NCBI GenBank assembly: GCA_964016885.1
Contig: OZ024751.1
Span: 13,082,001-13,146,000, forward strand
Source: Eledone cirrhosa
Taxonomy: Eukaryota
Reading direction: 5' to 3'
Length of the DNA stretch: 64,000 nucleotides
Shown here: positions 13,841-28,290 of the stretch, in pieces
Numbering within the stretch: the first letter of the stretch is position 1
Layout: every line of letters starts with the position of its first letter
Notes under the pieces: model-generated
The model's database searches: none
Told to the model about the DNA's origin: nothing
The model's input: the letters and a program-made list of their open reading frames with translations, nothing else
Position numbers and translations under genes: made by a program

Positions 13841-14643
13841 TATATATATATTTGTGTATATACATATACATTTATATATATATATATATATGTGTGTGTG
13901 CGTGTGTGCGTGCATTGTGGTATTTAGTTACGGTCCTTTATGTGTTGGTTCCAAACACCACAGGACAGAGGTCAACTTTGCCTTTCATCCTGACAGGATC
14001 GATATAATACAATATAATATAGAATTGCCCTCACTCCCCCCCCCCTCCAGAAATGGCCGCTTCATTGCTATACAGATGGCTCAGACATAAGATTAAAAAC
14101 TGATAGATTCAGTTTAATACTTGTCAAAGCTATTAATTAATATTATGATTGAGATTTGAAAATTTTGCAAAGTTTCAAAAGCACGTGGGTATTTTTTTTT
14201 AATGATATTAAAGATTTGCTAGATAAAAATTAAACTGACATTAACATGTCAAGTTTTGGAAGATATACTAAGGTAGTAGTAAAAATATATACTAAGGTAG
14301 TAGTAAAATTGTAATATTCATAACATTAGCGATCTCTGGACTGAACTAAATCTTGTAAAATAATTATTTCCTGGAGATATAACTCCACATAGAAGCCGTA
14401 CAATTTCCACAGCTGCAATAAGTTTACAATATGTCAGCTTAACTCTGTGAATTGCGTAAAGAATATAAAGTTTATGATACCTATAACTGCAGCCATAGGA
14501 AAGTAAACTAAATTTTATACAAACTTATTTACGGTCATCTATGACACATTACATGACACAGATTATATTATTTAGCAATTTTGTCAAAGATATTGTAAGA
14601 AAATAGCTATAAAAAGTCTTCTGAAAATATAATATTTTCGTAT

Positions 14644-14884
14644 AGGCTATGTAGCCGGTAAACCCTAAAGGGACGCAACACACATCGCTATAGCGTTTCA
14701 CCAGCCGCTTTCTTCTGTTGTCTGTATCTGTTTAAGTTTTTAACTAAAGCGTAACGTACATTATGAATGGACGACTAAATGATTTGAACTTCTTTTTTAA
14801 TAATTGATGGTGGAAAAGATTTCAAATTGTCTTAACTCGGGCCGCAACTAATAGAGTCTAACACTCTTACAGGCTACATAGCCT
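14644..14884. mobile_element. MITE with 18-bp TIR, superfamily unclear
   Basis: AGGCTATGTAGCCGGTAA ... TTACAGGCTACATAGCCT (one mismatch); no clear TSD. Confidence 0.55.
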
Positions 14885-15049
14885 CTTCCTTATATAGTTT
14901 CCGTATGTGTTCTTTTGTTCATATTTTGCAGTTAGGTGAGAATTGGTTACATCTACAGACCAACAGTACCACAGTACCTTTTGACCATTCTCTCACCCAC
15001 TCGTCCTTTTGTAGCAAAACTGATCCAAGATTTATTACCAACAAAGCAA

Positions 15050-15260
15050 AGCTGTGGATTCGGATCATTTGTAGAGCGCCAGATGAAATGTCATGTAATA
15101 TATAGTGACAGACCTTTACGTTCTGGCTTCAAATCACACAGAGATCAACATTACCTTTCATCCTTACGGGGTCGATAAAATAAAGTACCAGTAACACACT
15201 GGGGTGAATTTAATAACATTCCCCTCCCCCCAAAATTGTGCCTAAACCATTATTACCAGT
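15050..15260 (+). mobile_element. Decayed short-tail SINE
   Basis: Core CCTTTCATCCTTACGGGGTCGATAAAATAAAGTACCAGTAA. Confidence 0.65.
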
Positions 15261-15271
15261 AAGGTAGAATT

Positions 15272-15371
<100 letters not shown>

Positions 15372-15409
15372 CATATATATATATGTAAACATTATATATA
15401 TATATATAT

Positions 15410-15560
15410 AAAGATTCAGGTCCCCAATTCGAATCTAGCTGTCGAAACGACCGGAGCTCAGCCGCGGGGTCCTGAATCTTTTCATTTTACCCACTCTACT
15501 ACCCCAAGTATCGAGTACTCTGGTGCGTTATGCCCCCCTGGTATCTTACCACACCCTCTT

Positions 15561-15562
<2 letters not shown>
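15410..15562 (+). mobile_element. Short hairpin-ended repeat in (TA)n, homologous to 51305-51442 in the opposite orientation
   Basis: Shared TACCCACTCTA..AAGTAT(C/T)GAGTACT(C/T)TGGTGCGTTATG; both copies have an inverted-repeat end enclosing CGAAACG. Confidence 0.5.
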
Positions 15563-15604
<42 letters not shown>

Positions 15605-15835
15605 CCCGTACTCCCCTTGTTACATAAATGAAAGGATTTTAAACTTTGATATTACATTTCAAATGTTATCTTTAGCTGGTATATCGTAATAAACACTTTA
15701 TTTCTACGTTTGCAGTTTTCAACCCCGTGAACAAAATATATTATACTTGTAAGGGCGCGGAAATATGGTTGGCTCTTGGCGCCAGCAACCTTAGGACTGG
15801 CACTATATAAATACACACGTACACAATATATATAT

Positions 15836-15870
<35 letters not shown>

Positions 15871-16013
15871 ATAGATACTATATAAGTAAGACAGTAATTA
15901 ATAAGTAATGTTAAATGCTTCCTAGCAGATTCGGCACGTGGTGTGTGTGTGTGTATATATATATATAGGCATGCATGCATGCATACATGTTTATACACAT
16001 TATACACACACAC

Positions 16014-16061
<48 letters not shown>

Positions 16062-16167
16062 CGAATCAGTAAGGAAATGCTAAATATTATATTAGATGAC
16101 GTATAAATATGTCAGAGATTAATCAGTAATATGTTACTGATTAATCTGACATATTTATACGTCATCT

Positions 16168-16203
<36 letters not shown>

Positions 16204-16204
<1 letters not shown>

Positions 16205-16232
16205 TAGCAGCTGAGCCCGGTTGCACCCGGGG
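16204..16232 (-). mobile_element. Helitron 3' terminus
   Basis: Minus strand CCCGG-GTGCAA-CCGGG hairpin, then CTCAGCTG-CTAG|T. Confidence 0.7.
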
Positions 16233-16546
16233 CCACTTTTTATTAAGTTAATAATTTGAAAAAGGCCAGATCACAAGATGAGAGTTTGGGGAAGGAAATA
16301 CAAACTCTGGTCTGTATTCGTAAAGTTAGACTGAAATCTATAGGCCCTGCATGGAAGAATGGGCCTGCAAGAACTAGGGGTCATGCAGGATCAAGGGTTC
16401 CGTTGTTGTTGGTTTTTTTTGGGGGGGGGGGGGCGAATTTGAAGTGTCAAAGAAGAGGCAATAAATACCTAAAAGACTAGGGGCTTGACCATAGTAAATA
16501 CGGGTTAGACTTTGGGTGAAAAAGGAGAATGTTATGAATGCAAAAG

Positions 16547-16690
16547 TAATTGTTTCTACTTTTTGGCACAAGGCCAGCAATTACCCAGTGCATTACTGGT
16601 ACTTTATTTTATCGACCCCGTAAGGATGAAAGGCAAAGTTAACCTCGGCGGGATTTGAACTCAGATCATAAAGGGTCGTAACTATGCAAA
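16547..16690 (-). mobile_element. Short-tail SINE, 5'-truncated
   Basis: Reverse complement of the 3' three-quarters of 28829-29010. Confidence 0.8.
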
Positions 16691-16997
16691 AGTAATGCCG
16701 ATTGGTTTGGTGGTAGATAAATGGTGGAGTATTTTGAAGCGTGCCGACAACGGCTCAATAATACAATGTATGTATGTGTCTATGTATGAATATACACGTA
16801 CATATATATATACAGACACACACACATATATATATATATACATACATATATATATATACACACACACATATATATATATATACATACATATATATATATA
16901 CACACACACATATATATATATATACATACATATATATATATATACACACACATATATATATATATACATACATATATATATATACATATATATATAT

Positions 16998-17070
<73 letters not shown>

Positions 17071-17139
17071 CACGCACACACACACACACATATATATATA
17101 CACACACACACACACATATATATATACACACACACACAC

Positions 17140-17181
<42 letters not shown>

Positions 17182-17182
<1 letters not shown>

Positions 17183-17376
17183 GTTTTAATATAGATGAGA
17201 TTCTACAGGACTAGAACTGTTTCATTCTTTAGAAATCATCAGGAATCAGATGATTTCTAAAGAATGAAACAGTTCTAGTCCTGTAGAATTTCATCTATAT
17301 TAAAACTTTTATACTCTGCAATGCATTGAGTACCTTACTTACTGTGGTTACCTCCGATTCAACCCGGAATAACGTA
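17182..17376 (+). mobile_element. Family-B fold-back copy
   Basis: Near-identical to 1232-1407 but with a different inversion breakpoint. Confidence 0.7.
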
Positions 17377-17387
17377 TATATACACAT

Positions 17388-17438
<51 letters not shown>

Positions 17439-17593
17439 TATATATACACACACACACACACATATATATATACACACACACACATATATATGTACACACA
17501 CACACATATATACACACACATATATATATACACACACACACACACACATATATATGTACACACACACACATATATACACACACATATATATAT

Positions 17594-17624
<31 letters not shown>

Positions 17625-17625
17625 T

Positions 17626-17678
<53 letters not shown>

Positions 17679-17706
17679 ACACATATATATATACACACAC
17701 ACACAT

Positions 17707-17748
<42 letters not shown>

Positions 17749-18425
17749 TATATATACACATATATATACACACACATATATATACACACATATATACATA
17801 CATATATATACACACACACATATATACACACACATATATATACACACACACACATACACACACACACATATACACACACACACATATACACACACATATA
17901 TATATGTATATATATATATTTATATACAAACACACACGCACGTATAAACAAACACACATATATATATATAATATCATAGTTTAAGAAAATACAAGACAAA
18001 CGCCGAGATGCAAAAGTACAGTCTTATTGGGAAGTAGAAGAGGGTTTGACGTTTCGGACATAAATCGTTCTTCAAGAAATGGAGAGATCGGTGAGAGAGA
18101 AAAGACTGAAACATAGGAAATTGGGAAAAATAATATTTTTAGAAGGCTAGGTGGAAGCAAGTAGGCGAGTAGTTCGTGAGTGTGTGCGGAATGGGGCAAG
18201 GTGGAGAGACCAGGTGTGTATGGGCGTTATGTGTGTGTATGAACGTTATGTGTGTGCATTTCTGCATTATTGCTTCTATATATTCACATACATATAAAAA
18301 CGTAATATACGCACGTAAGTTCATACAAAGAAAAAAAATAAATATATAAGCACCCAAATATATTCATATACAGTGTTAGCTGTATGTTTATATATAAATA
18401 CACACACACACACACATTATATATA

Positions 18426-18463
<38 letters not shown>

Positions 18464-18484
18464 TATGTATCTAAAAAAAAAAAA

Positions 18485-18764
18485 AGTCTAAAGTCTGTCT
18501 TAATCCAGAAGGCTCATTTGGCCGGTGCTTATCCTGGTTTCATGGCGTGAAGCGACTGAGATTACAAGACTCCCCCCTGGAAAGGACGCCAGTCCATCGC
18601 AGGGTTAAACCTCCAGGCTATTGCTGGTACTCATTTTCAGCTGAGTATACTGGAGCAACGTGAAATTAAGTGTTTTGCTCAAGAAAACAACACGCAACCC
18701 AGGAATCGAACCCACAACATTATAATCGTAAGTCCAACACTCTTACCACTAGGCCACATGCCTC
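18485..18764 (-). mobile_element. tRNA-derived CORE-like SINE (second family)
   Basis: Minus strand: GTGGCCTAGTGGTAAG A-box, GGTTCGATTCC B-box, CORE-like CTTGAGCAAAACACTTAATTTCACGTTGCTCCAG, and an (AGACTTT)n tail. Partial copy at ~48880-49015. Confidence 0.75.
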
Positions 18765-19090
18765 TACACACACACACACACACAGTCAGTCCAGTAGTGT
18801 GATCCTTATCACACACACACACACAGTCACCCAGTCCAGGAGTGTGATCCTTATTATAAACACCTCACAACACCACACCACAATCACATCTCAAATTCCA
18901 CAAAACAATAACCGAAGAAGCTATGAAGACCAATTTCTCGCCATTTTGTTTAACACTGGAAGTAATGAGAGACACAATTAGACATTTACCATCTTACAGA
19001 TTGCTATGTTTTCCGGTAATTTCGTATTTGAAATATCTTTGTGTGTTTGTTTTTTGGTGGGGTAAGGGGCATGATGGGATGAAGGTCGGC

Positions 19091-19385
19091 GTGAGTGTTG
19101 AGGGGGTGATGTGGGGATGATGGTGTGAGTGTTGTGGGGGTGATGTGGGGATGATGGTGTGAGTATTGTGGGGATGATGTGGGGATGATGGTGTGAGTGT
19201 TGTGGGGATGATGTGGGGATGATGGTGTGAGTGTTGTGGGGATGATGTGGGGATGATGGTGTGAGTGTTGTGGGGGTGATGTGGGGATGATGGTGTGAGT
19301 GTTGTGGGGGTGATGTGGGGATGATGGTGTGAGTGTTGTGGGGATGATGTGGGGATGATGGTGTGAGTGTTGTGGGGATGATGGT
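19091..19385. repeat. 34-bp G-rich minisatellite x~8.5
   Basis: Unit GTGAGTGTTGTGGGGATGATGTGGGGATGATGGT. Confidence 0.9.
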
Positions 19386-19586
19386 GGTTGAGGGTGGTAA
19401 GGAGTTTAAGTTTTGATGGTACTGGTTGAAAGGTTGGAACAGTGGTTTTGATAGGGTTGATGGTGGTGGTGGGGGTAGCATCAGTAGTAGCTAGGGTAGT
19501 AGTATTAGCAGTGGTGGTTGTGGTGGCAGCAGTGATTGTGGTAACTGTGGTGGCGCCCGTGATGGTAGAAGCAACAGTGATAGTGT

Positions 19587-19619
<33 letters not shown>

Positions 19620-20008
19620 AGGTGATAGTGATGGTGAGGGTGGCAGCTGCGGTGGCGCTTGTGATGGTAGTGACAGTAGAAGGTGGATGTGACTTTTGAC
19701 ATTGTTGCTGTTGCATATATTTAATCTTTTATCAAGAACCTTCCTGTTGACCTTCTAAAGGTCATCAAAGCCAAACGTGACTCAGGCACCCACCCGCGCC
19801 CTTTTAATACACAGGTATATATATATGTGTGTGTGTCCGTGTGTTCACACGTGCAAGGAAATAAACTGTTCTATATTACACAACGCATATATATGCACAT
19901 ACATGCTTAAACACAAACCATATACGCGTGCACACACGAACATACATTTATATATAGATATATTATTTATTTATATTCATACACGGAACAAATATATACA
20001 CACACACA

Positions 20009-20109
20009 CAGGGTGTCTCCCAAAAATGTATACACATTTTGATTACCTGTACAGCCAATATTTATTAGAAGGCTGGTGATGTGTATATACATTTTTGGGA
20101 GACACTCTG
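20009..20109. mobile_element. Tc1/mariner-type MITE
   Basis: CAGGGTGTCTCCCAAAAATGTATA / TATACATTTTTGGGAGACACTCTG|TA. Confidence 0.75.
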
Positions 20110-20112
20110 TAT

Positions 20113-20145
<33 letters not shown>

Positions 20146-20381
20146 ACTGTAGCTTATTTCAAATGCACAACGCGATCCAATCTAATAGATCTCGCTGGAA
20201 TTATTACTTCAGGTTTACATGGAGTTCTAACAGTGTTATTTGCTCTAGCATAGCCAGGTAGATACCAGTATATATATATAGTAATAATAATAAATTTGAA
20301 GACTAAAATCCAAAGAGGGCTCGATAAGGATAAATATATATCAAATATATAAGAACTTTATTATTATAATAAATATATATA

Positions 20382-20417
<36 letters not shown>

Positions 20418-20685
20418 GGGAGGCTCATATTGTGATATATTGCCAGAAATAATAACAAAACACACTGTTTGGTTTGAGTTGGTTTTCGTTTCTGTAGCTT
20501 GTATATCTCCATAGTTAAATTATTTGGCAATCAATGTTTATCATTGATTGACCAACGGTTAAAAATACAGATATAGTCTATGAAAGTTCTTTCTCCACAC
20601 ATCTGCGACATCATCAGTGGAACTATCATGTTTCCTCCCATTGTATTGTAAAATATAGATTTCATATAAAAAACCTTGCAAAACA

Positions 20686-21379
<694 letters not shown>

Positions 21380-22339
21380 CATCTTACTCATACCACTAAC
21401 AGATCGATAAAATATCGTTCCCTTGGGATATATAAAATCTCAAGCAACTTAAACATAAGGAACCTGGCCAAAATCGCTGACCGCAAAACAGTCTATGAAT
21501 TGAAAAATAAACAAGTCAGACTACTTCAATAGTTTGAGATTGTCATCGTGCGCGCGTGTGCGTGTGTATACACACACACACACACACACAGATATATATA
21601 TTTTCCATGTTCTTATATATAAGTAAATCAGACCGTTATTGCTCCAATCTACCAATCCTCATCAAAATCCTAAACCAAACTCCTGTATAAGGTTAGACTT
21701 TTCAATATTTCTTGTTTATGTTTCCTAAAATTAAATTTTGAGTATTGAATATTTGACTTTGTATCACAAATCAGATTTTATTTGCTTATATATGTGTATA
21801 TATGCATGGACCTCGTTATGTATGTATATAGATATGCTATGAGGCTGGTTTTGTTCTTCGTTTTGGCGCAAATTTCTTTTTTTGAATTCAACTATCAAAA
21901 TCACATGTTATGGTCTGCGAATGTTTGAGGTGGAGTGGGGACTGTCGTGAACTGCTAGATAGCTTATCCAGTAGTGAAGGCTAACTCACACTGCACAGAA
22001 CTATCGCATAATATTGGGTAATCCTGATGGAGACGTAGTAGCCCGATTACGTAAATATCCGCTGATTTTGCCCGATTTTCTGAACATTGCAAAAAATAAA
22101 ATCTGCATTTGTAAAGTTATATTACACGGACACGATCGTCCGGGAGAGAGATATTTACACCAATATCTAACGATACACAGCCAACCGTCTACAGTAAACT
22201 AAATGTATGCACTCTGAATAGTTGATTGCAGCTGCATAACTATTCGCCAGAGCTAGATTCATTGAGTGAGCTAGACGCTGACCGGGGGATGCTGTATTTA
22301 TACCAGCAATCTTCGTCACTTTATATATATATCCTGCTT

Positions 22340-23015
22340 TGATCCTCTGACCACTTCCTGTTGCGCGCGCACCCCATATCTCCCCACTTCCGACCACCAC
22401 AACCAACGGATTACACACCACCGATCATCGTTCCAGCTATCCACTCCATAACATGAAAAATATCCAGCAACTCATCACACACTCCACGGAACTACCTTAG
22501 GAACTTACCCACGGACATACGCTCACACGCTGACAAAAAAAGTTTTTCGAACCACTCCACCTACATCCACACCACGTATAAACACCAACACACACGTGCG
22601 TACCCCCACATATACACACTCAGCCTCCGGAATCCTCACCCCCTCTGACCCCTCCCCATCCACACACACGCCGACCTACACCCCACCCCACACACCTTTT
22701 TCCTGAACATGGAACGTCGTTCTTCCCCCAACTCTCACATTCACACACATACACCACCTTCAGCGCTCCCCGCCTCCCTCTCCATACTCCACCCGCCCTA
22801 CACCACTTGTTTATCTTTGTTTATACCCCTTCCACCCCCCCCTTTTTTTTCTAAATGTCTCTCCACCACTCCCCCACACCCCCTCGGAACTCTCTTCCCA
22901 CCCACTTTGCTCCTGAAGAAGGGCTTATGCCTGAAATGCCCCCCCCCACTCTCAAGAGCGTGAACCTAATAAACTTTTGTTTCTACTGCCTCTGTTTTTG
23001 TTCCCGTCCCAGCTT

Positions 23016-23020
<5 letters not shown>
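22340..23020 (+). mobile_element. Decayed Penelope-like 3' region with a hammerhead-like core
   Basis: CTGAAGA-AGGGC-TTAT-GCCT-GAAA at 22913-22936; tail AGCGTGAACCTAATAAAC ending in (TA)n. Confidence 0.45.
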
Positions 23021-23042
<22 letters not shown>

Positions 23043-23050
<8 letters not shown>

Positions 23051-23184
23051 ATACTTTGGGAGGGTCATGTTGCCAATAAGGAACACACGCAACTTATTGG
23101 CAACATGACCCTCCCAAAGTATAACAATATCGGTTTCAACACACGATTTCAGATAAAGAATCTTGCTAAACAAATTCAGAAACG

Positions 23185-23187
<3 letters not shown>
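23043..23187. mobile_element. Fold-back copy of a short family also at 1-140 and 33555-33695
   Basis: Arms 23043-23080 and 23093-23130; 23093-23187 matches ~47-141. Confidence 0.75.
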
Positions 23188-23225
<38 letters not shown>

Positions 23226-23552
23226 AAAATTGAATGAAAACATGTACAAGTAAATAAAATCGTTAATTTATATATAATAAATAATATATATACTATGTCT
23301 AAATAAATATTAGATATTTTTTATTTTACTATATTTATATATAATATGTATCATTTGATATTTAACATACTATTATATCATCTCTACCACCCCTTGGACC
23401 CCCTCAACGTCCCCGGAGTGTGGTAGCGACCACTTTAAGAACCTCTGGTGTAGACAGACATTACCGGTGAAATTTTAATTTTTGTTTATCTAAGTTCATC
23501 AATCACGTGTTGGTATGGATTAGTGAACAGTTTAGTATATTTTTATGTTTAA

Positions 23553-23802
23553 GGGCGATGGATTGGCAATATTGTTAGAGCGTCGGACACCATGCTGTTC
23601 GGCATAGAGTTACAACTCTTTACATTCTGAGTTCAAATGTCGTTGAGGTTATCCTTACGTAGTCGATAAAATGAAGTTATCCTTACGTTGAGGTCATCCT
23701 TACGTAGTCGATAAAATAAAGTACTTGTAACGCACGGGATCAATCTAATTGACTAACCCCTCCCCATGATTGTTGGCCTTGGGTCTAAATCAGAAACCAT
23801 TA
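23553..23802 (+). mobile_element. Short-tail SINE with an internal duplication
   Basis: GGATTGGCAATATTGTTAGAGCGTCGGAC head; ATCCTTACGTAGTCGATAAAAT duplicated. Confidence 0.7.
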
Positions 23803-25239
23803 TATTTGTGTGTTCGGTTTAGCATCACGTTGTTCTGTTAGCGTTGTTTAAGGAATTAATCGTTAATTTTTATTCGGAATTCTGTATAGTATAGTTGTAT
23901 TGTTTCCCATATATTTTACTGTATTCTAACCGAATCAAATTCATGTGTTGTTGTGGAGATCTAATAAGATGGAAACACGTCTGTCGTTTTTTTTTTTTTC
24001 AGCAGGCTGGTTTATATACTAGGCCCACTCACACTGCATTGTGTAAAAAATTGTTTTAAAAGACTTGGACCAGATCAGATTGTAAGAGCTCTCTCTCCCT
24101 TCCTTTATTTCATTTTCATGATATGAATATATTCAAAGGTTGTTTTGACCCAGAAAACTCCCTGAAATTATAACCTATATTCTTGAAAAGGCAGATCTGA
24201 CCTGAGGGGCTAGACAGCAACAATAGAAAGATAAGCTAGTGTTAATGTATTCAATACACACAGCTCTACATTGTTAACTAGAAATAAAATATGTGTTGTC
24301 AAAAGGTGATACCAGGTCTTGAACTCCTAATATGGTTCTTTATTCATTCCACTATCCATGACTCCTCTCATTCGATTAATGTCATCGAATCTTTAGTTTA
24401 GGCCCTCCCCACGTCTGTCCATTACACCCTCCTCCCTTTGGCTTTATGAGTCAACCACACGTGTTCTCGTGTTATCATGCCTCCGCAAAGAAATATATAA
24501 AAAGTGAAGTGAAACTCGGAAAATCTCTCTTGCTCCCCCTTCTCTCTCGCCCGCTCAGTCTCTCTCTTTCTCTCACTCGATCTTTTTCTCTCCTTCACTC
24601 TCTCGTCCTATCTCTCACTCGGTCTTTCTCTACGTCACCATGTCACTCTCTTTCTACTTGAGGCAGACAGACATTAGCTGGGACAGGCGAGGTCATGAGT
24701 TCGTGTCAACTGGTGACGAAATATAAAACCTGGATTTTGATTAGGTATAATTTAGTTGGTGTGGTTTGACTGGAGCAGAGACGTCCGGAGGAGGCGGGGA
24801 GGGGAGTGGGAGTGATGAGGGTAGCATAGCTACAGTGTTTGAGTCGGTGGCGGTAATGGTGGTGGTGGTGGTGTAGATAGTGATGGTAATGATGAAGGTG
24901 GGTTAGTGGTGATGGTAGGTGATTATAGTAGTGGTGCAGAAGAAGAAGGAGGAGATGGTGGTGAAGGTGTTAGATGATACTAGTAGTGGTAATGGTGGTG
25001 GAGGAGGTGATGCAGCTGGTGGCGGTGCTAATGCTAATAATAATAATAATGAAAGAGTACAAAGGAGGAGGAAGGTGGAGATAAGGGGATAGGGTAGAAC
25101 TTGATAGTGGTGGAGGAAATGGTGGTGGTGGCGCGGGGAGTGTTAGGTCGGCTAGCTGATATGTTTGATAGAAGTTCCTAGATTGACAGGTCCATGACCC
25201 AGGGGTCAGCTTATTGAACGCTGGAAACGTAGATGATTG

Positions 25240-26475
25240 CAACAACAATGAGAAGAAGACAACAATTGGTTCTATAACAACGGCAATGGTGACAGCAACG
25301 ATGACAACAACAATGACTGTAGCAACACACACAACAGCTTTTACAACAACAACTACAACAACAATTATAAGGACGACGACAACAGCTAGAAGAGGAACAA
25401 CAGCATTAACTAGAACAACAAGAATATCAACAGCAACACCAACAACAACAATAACAACGACAACAACAACAATGACAACAGCAACAACGACAACAATAAC
25501 AACACCACCACCAATGACAACACCACCACCAATGACAACACCACCAATAATAACACTAGCAATAACGACGACACCACCACCAATGACAAAACCACCAATA
25601 ACAACACTACCAATAACGACGACGACACCACCACCAATAACGACGACGACACCACCACCACCAATAACAACACTACCAATAACGACGACGACACCACCAC
25701 CAATGACAACACTACCAATAACGACGACACCACCACCAATGACAACACCACCAATAACAACACTACCAATAACGACGACGACACCACCACCAATAACGAC
25801 GACAACACTACCAATAACGACGACGACACCACCACCAATAACGACACCACCACCAATGACAACACCACCAATTACGACGACGACAACAACACCACCAATG
25901 ACAACACCACCAATAACAACACTACCAATAACGACGACGACACCACCACCACCAATAACAACACTACCAATAACGACGACACCACCACCACCAACGACAC
26001 CACCACCAATAACAACACTACCAATAACGACGACACCAACAACAAATAACGATAGCATACAAAAAGGCAACACCACCAACAACATAAACCACAAGGACAA
26101 CACCAACATAAACTACACCTGCAGCAATACCATCAACACCACCAAAAACAAGGACAACAACGACACCACCAACAACAACAACGACACCACCAACAACAAC
26201 AACGACAACGCGAACAACACCACCACATACACCAGCCCCACCAACACCACCACCACCTGCAGTAATTATACAGCTGACTAGAATGACTGTAATTATATTG
26301 AACAAACAAAAGAGAACAACAAGAATAAAAAATACTAAAAAAGAAAAATATGAGACATTCATAAATTCCGCTACTACCACCACCACCACTACTACTATTA
26401 TTACTACCATCACTACTACCACCACCACCACCACCACTACTACCACCACCACCACCACCACCACCACCACTGCTA
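25240..26475. repeat. Compound (ACA/ACC/ACG/ACT)n trinucleotide array
   Basis: Directly visible; produces a mucin-like T/P pseudo-ORF. Confidence 0.85.
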
Positions 26476-26542
26476 CTAAGTCTTTGCACAACTGGTAAAA
26501 GGCTCTGGCCAGATGTAAAATACATGTGCCAAATCAACAGAT

Positions 26543-26935
26543 AACTGTTTCTACTATAGGCACAAGGCCAACAATTTGAAGAGGAGGGGAAAGTCGATTA
26601 AATCGACCTCAGTACATTACTGGTACTTTATTTTATCGACCCCGTAATGATGAAAGGCAAAGTAGACCTTGGCGGGATTTGACCCCAGAACGTAAAGAAC
26701 CGGAATAAATGCTACACAGCATTTATTCCGACACTAACGATTCTGCCAATACAGATAATTGTTTCTACTTCAGGCACAAGGCCAGCAATTACCCAGAACA
26801 TTACTGGTACTTTATTTTATCGACCCCGTAAGGATGAAAGGCAAAGTTAACCTCGACGGGATTTGAACTGAGACCGTAATGGGACGTAACTATGCTAGAA
26901 AGCATGGCGTCCAACTCTCTACCGATACTGCCAAT
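26543..26935 (-). mobile_element. Two short-tail SINEs head-to-tail
   Basis: Two units starting TGTTTCTACT..GGCACAAGGCC, each preceded by ACAGATAA. Confidence 0.8.
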
Positions 26936-26989
26936 ACAGATAACGTGACCAGGCCAGATGTGAAATGTAAGTCACATTTCAACAGGTAA

Positions 26990-27310
26990 TGGCGACTTCT
27001 TAGGGTCCAGTAACTCCCGATGGAGTCGAAGGGCCACCATAGTGACTTACATTATGTCTTGGGCATTTCCAACCTCGCGGAGTCCATCTCCTCTCCAAGT
27101 CTGAACACAGCAGATTCCTTCCAGAGAAAGATAAAGAGATATAGATGAAGAATCAACCCCAGTAATTGGCTGGTACTTTTTTTTCTATCGACCTTGAAGG
27201 ATGAAAGGGAAATGTTGACCTCGACGGGATTTGAACTCAGGGAACAGAGACGAAACGAATAAAATAAAGCATTCTATCCGGCGTTCTAACGACTGTCAAT
27301 TTGCCGCCTA
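26990..27310 (-). mobile_element. Long-tail SINE
   Basis: Homologous to 11752-12045. Confidence 0.65.
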
Positions 27311-27459
27311 AACAGGTAATGTGACCAAGCCAGATCAGGAATGTAGGCCCAATTTCAAACTGAACTTTAGGTATTTTTGTAAGTAATGAAATACTACATG
27401 ATTTATCAGTTAAGGCTATATACAGTGTATTTATATGTACACAAACACACACATATATA

Positions 27460-27542
27460 CAGGGTGTCCCCAAAATGTGTACACACTTTGATTAGAATGT
27501 TGAAGTGTGTATACACTTTTTTTTGGGGGGGGGGGGGGGCTG
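27460..27542. mobile_element. Tc1/mariner-type MITE
   Basis: TA|CAGGGTGTCCCCAAAATGTGTACAC; the right TIR has decayed to poly-G..CTG|TA. Confidence 0.65.
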
Positions 27543-28203
27543 TATGTATGTGATTTCAAAATAGGGCGCACATGACAAAGACAATAGAAAAATCTATATA
27601 AGCTCCTGGGGCGGAACAAAATAGACAGTGTTACCCGTGAACTCGAACTCATACCTGTCGTATTTATAGTAATGATAGCAGTTCGAATCCCACGAGTGAT
27701 GCTGTTCACTTCTTACTGCCCAGTTAATAGTAAAGACTTAGCGTTGAAGGGGTTAACTTTTAAGTTGGTTTTTAATTTCACACTTCGTACCTAGATCAAC
27801 AGTTCTAAAAATACATGACAGTGTGTGTGTGTGTGCGCGTGTTCAAAATAGGGGGTGCGCAGGACAAAAACAATGGGGAAAAAAATGGAAAGACGGACAG
27901 TCGTATCTCTTCAGTTAACCTCTAGAAATCACCTCGGTTTCGGTGCAGTGCAGTGAGTGAATGAGTATATATATATAATAATACTATTTATAGTTATGTA
28001 TATAGTATAAACAACCATAAACAGGAAGGTCAGTAATTTCCTATTACCTTATTACAAGTAAGAGAAATAGCTCAATGTATGAACATCAGTTGTTTTACAG
28101 AGCAGGAAAATAAATAAATAAATTATACAATTATCAAAGTTGTGTTCGAATCATTTAATAGTTGATTAAATGATTTGAACACAACTTTGATAATTGTATA
28201 ATG

Positions 28204-28250
<47 letters not shown>

Positions 28251-28254
28251 AATG

Positions 28255-28290
<36 letters not shown>

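Noticed and set aside
18978-19716. His/Pro/Thr-rich ORFs
   Set aside because: 34-bp minisatellite (not a multiple of 3) plus triplet repeats.
25214-26281. 355-aa mucin-like Thr/Pro ORF and the antisense Val/Gly ORF
   Set aside because: Compound trinucleotide microsatellite open on both strands; no credible start, signal peptide or domain.
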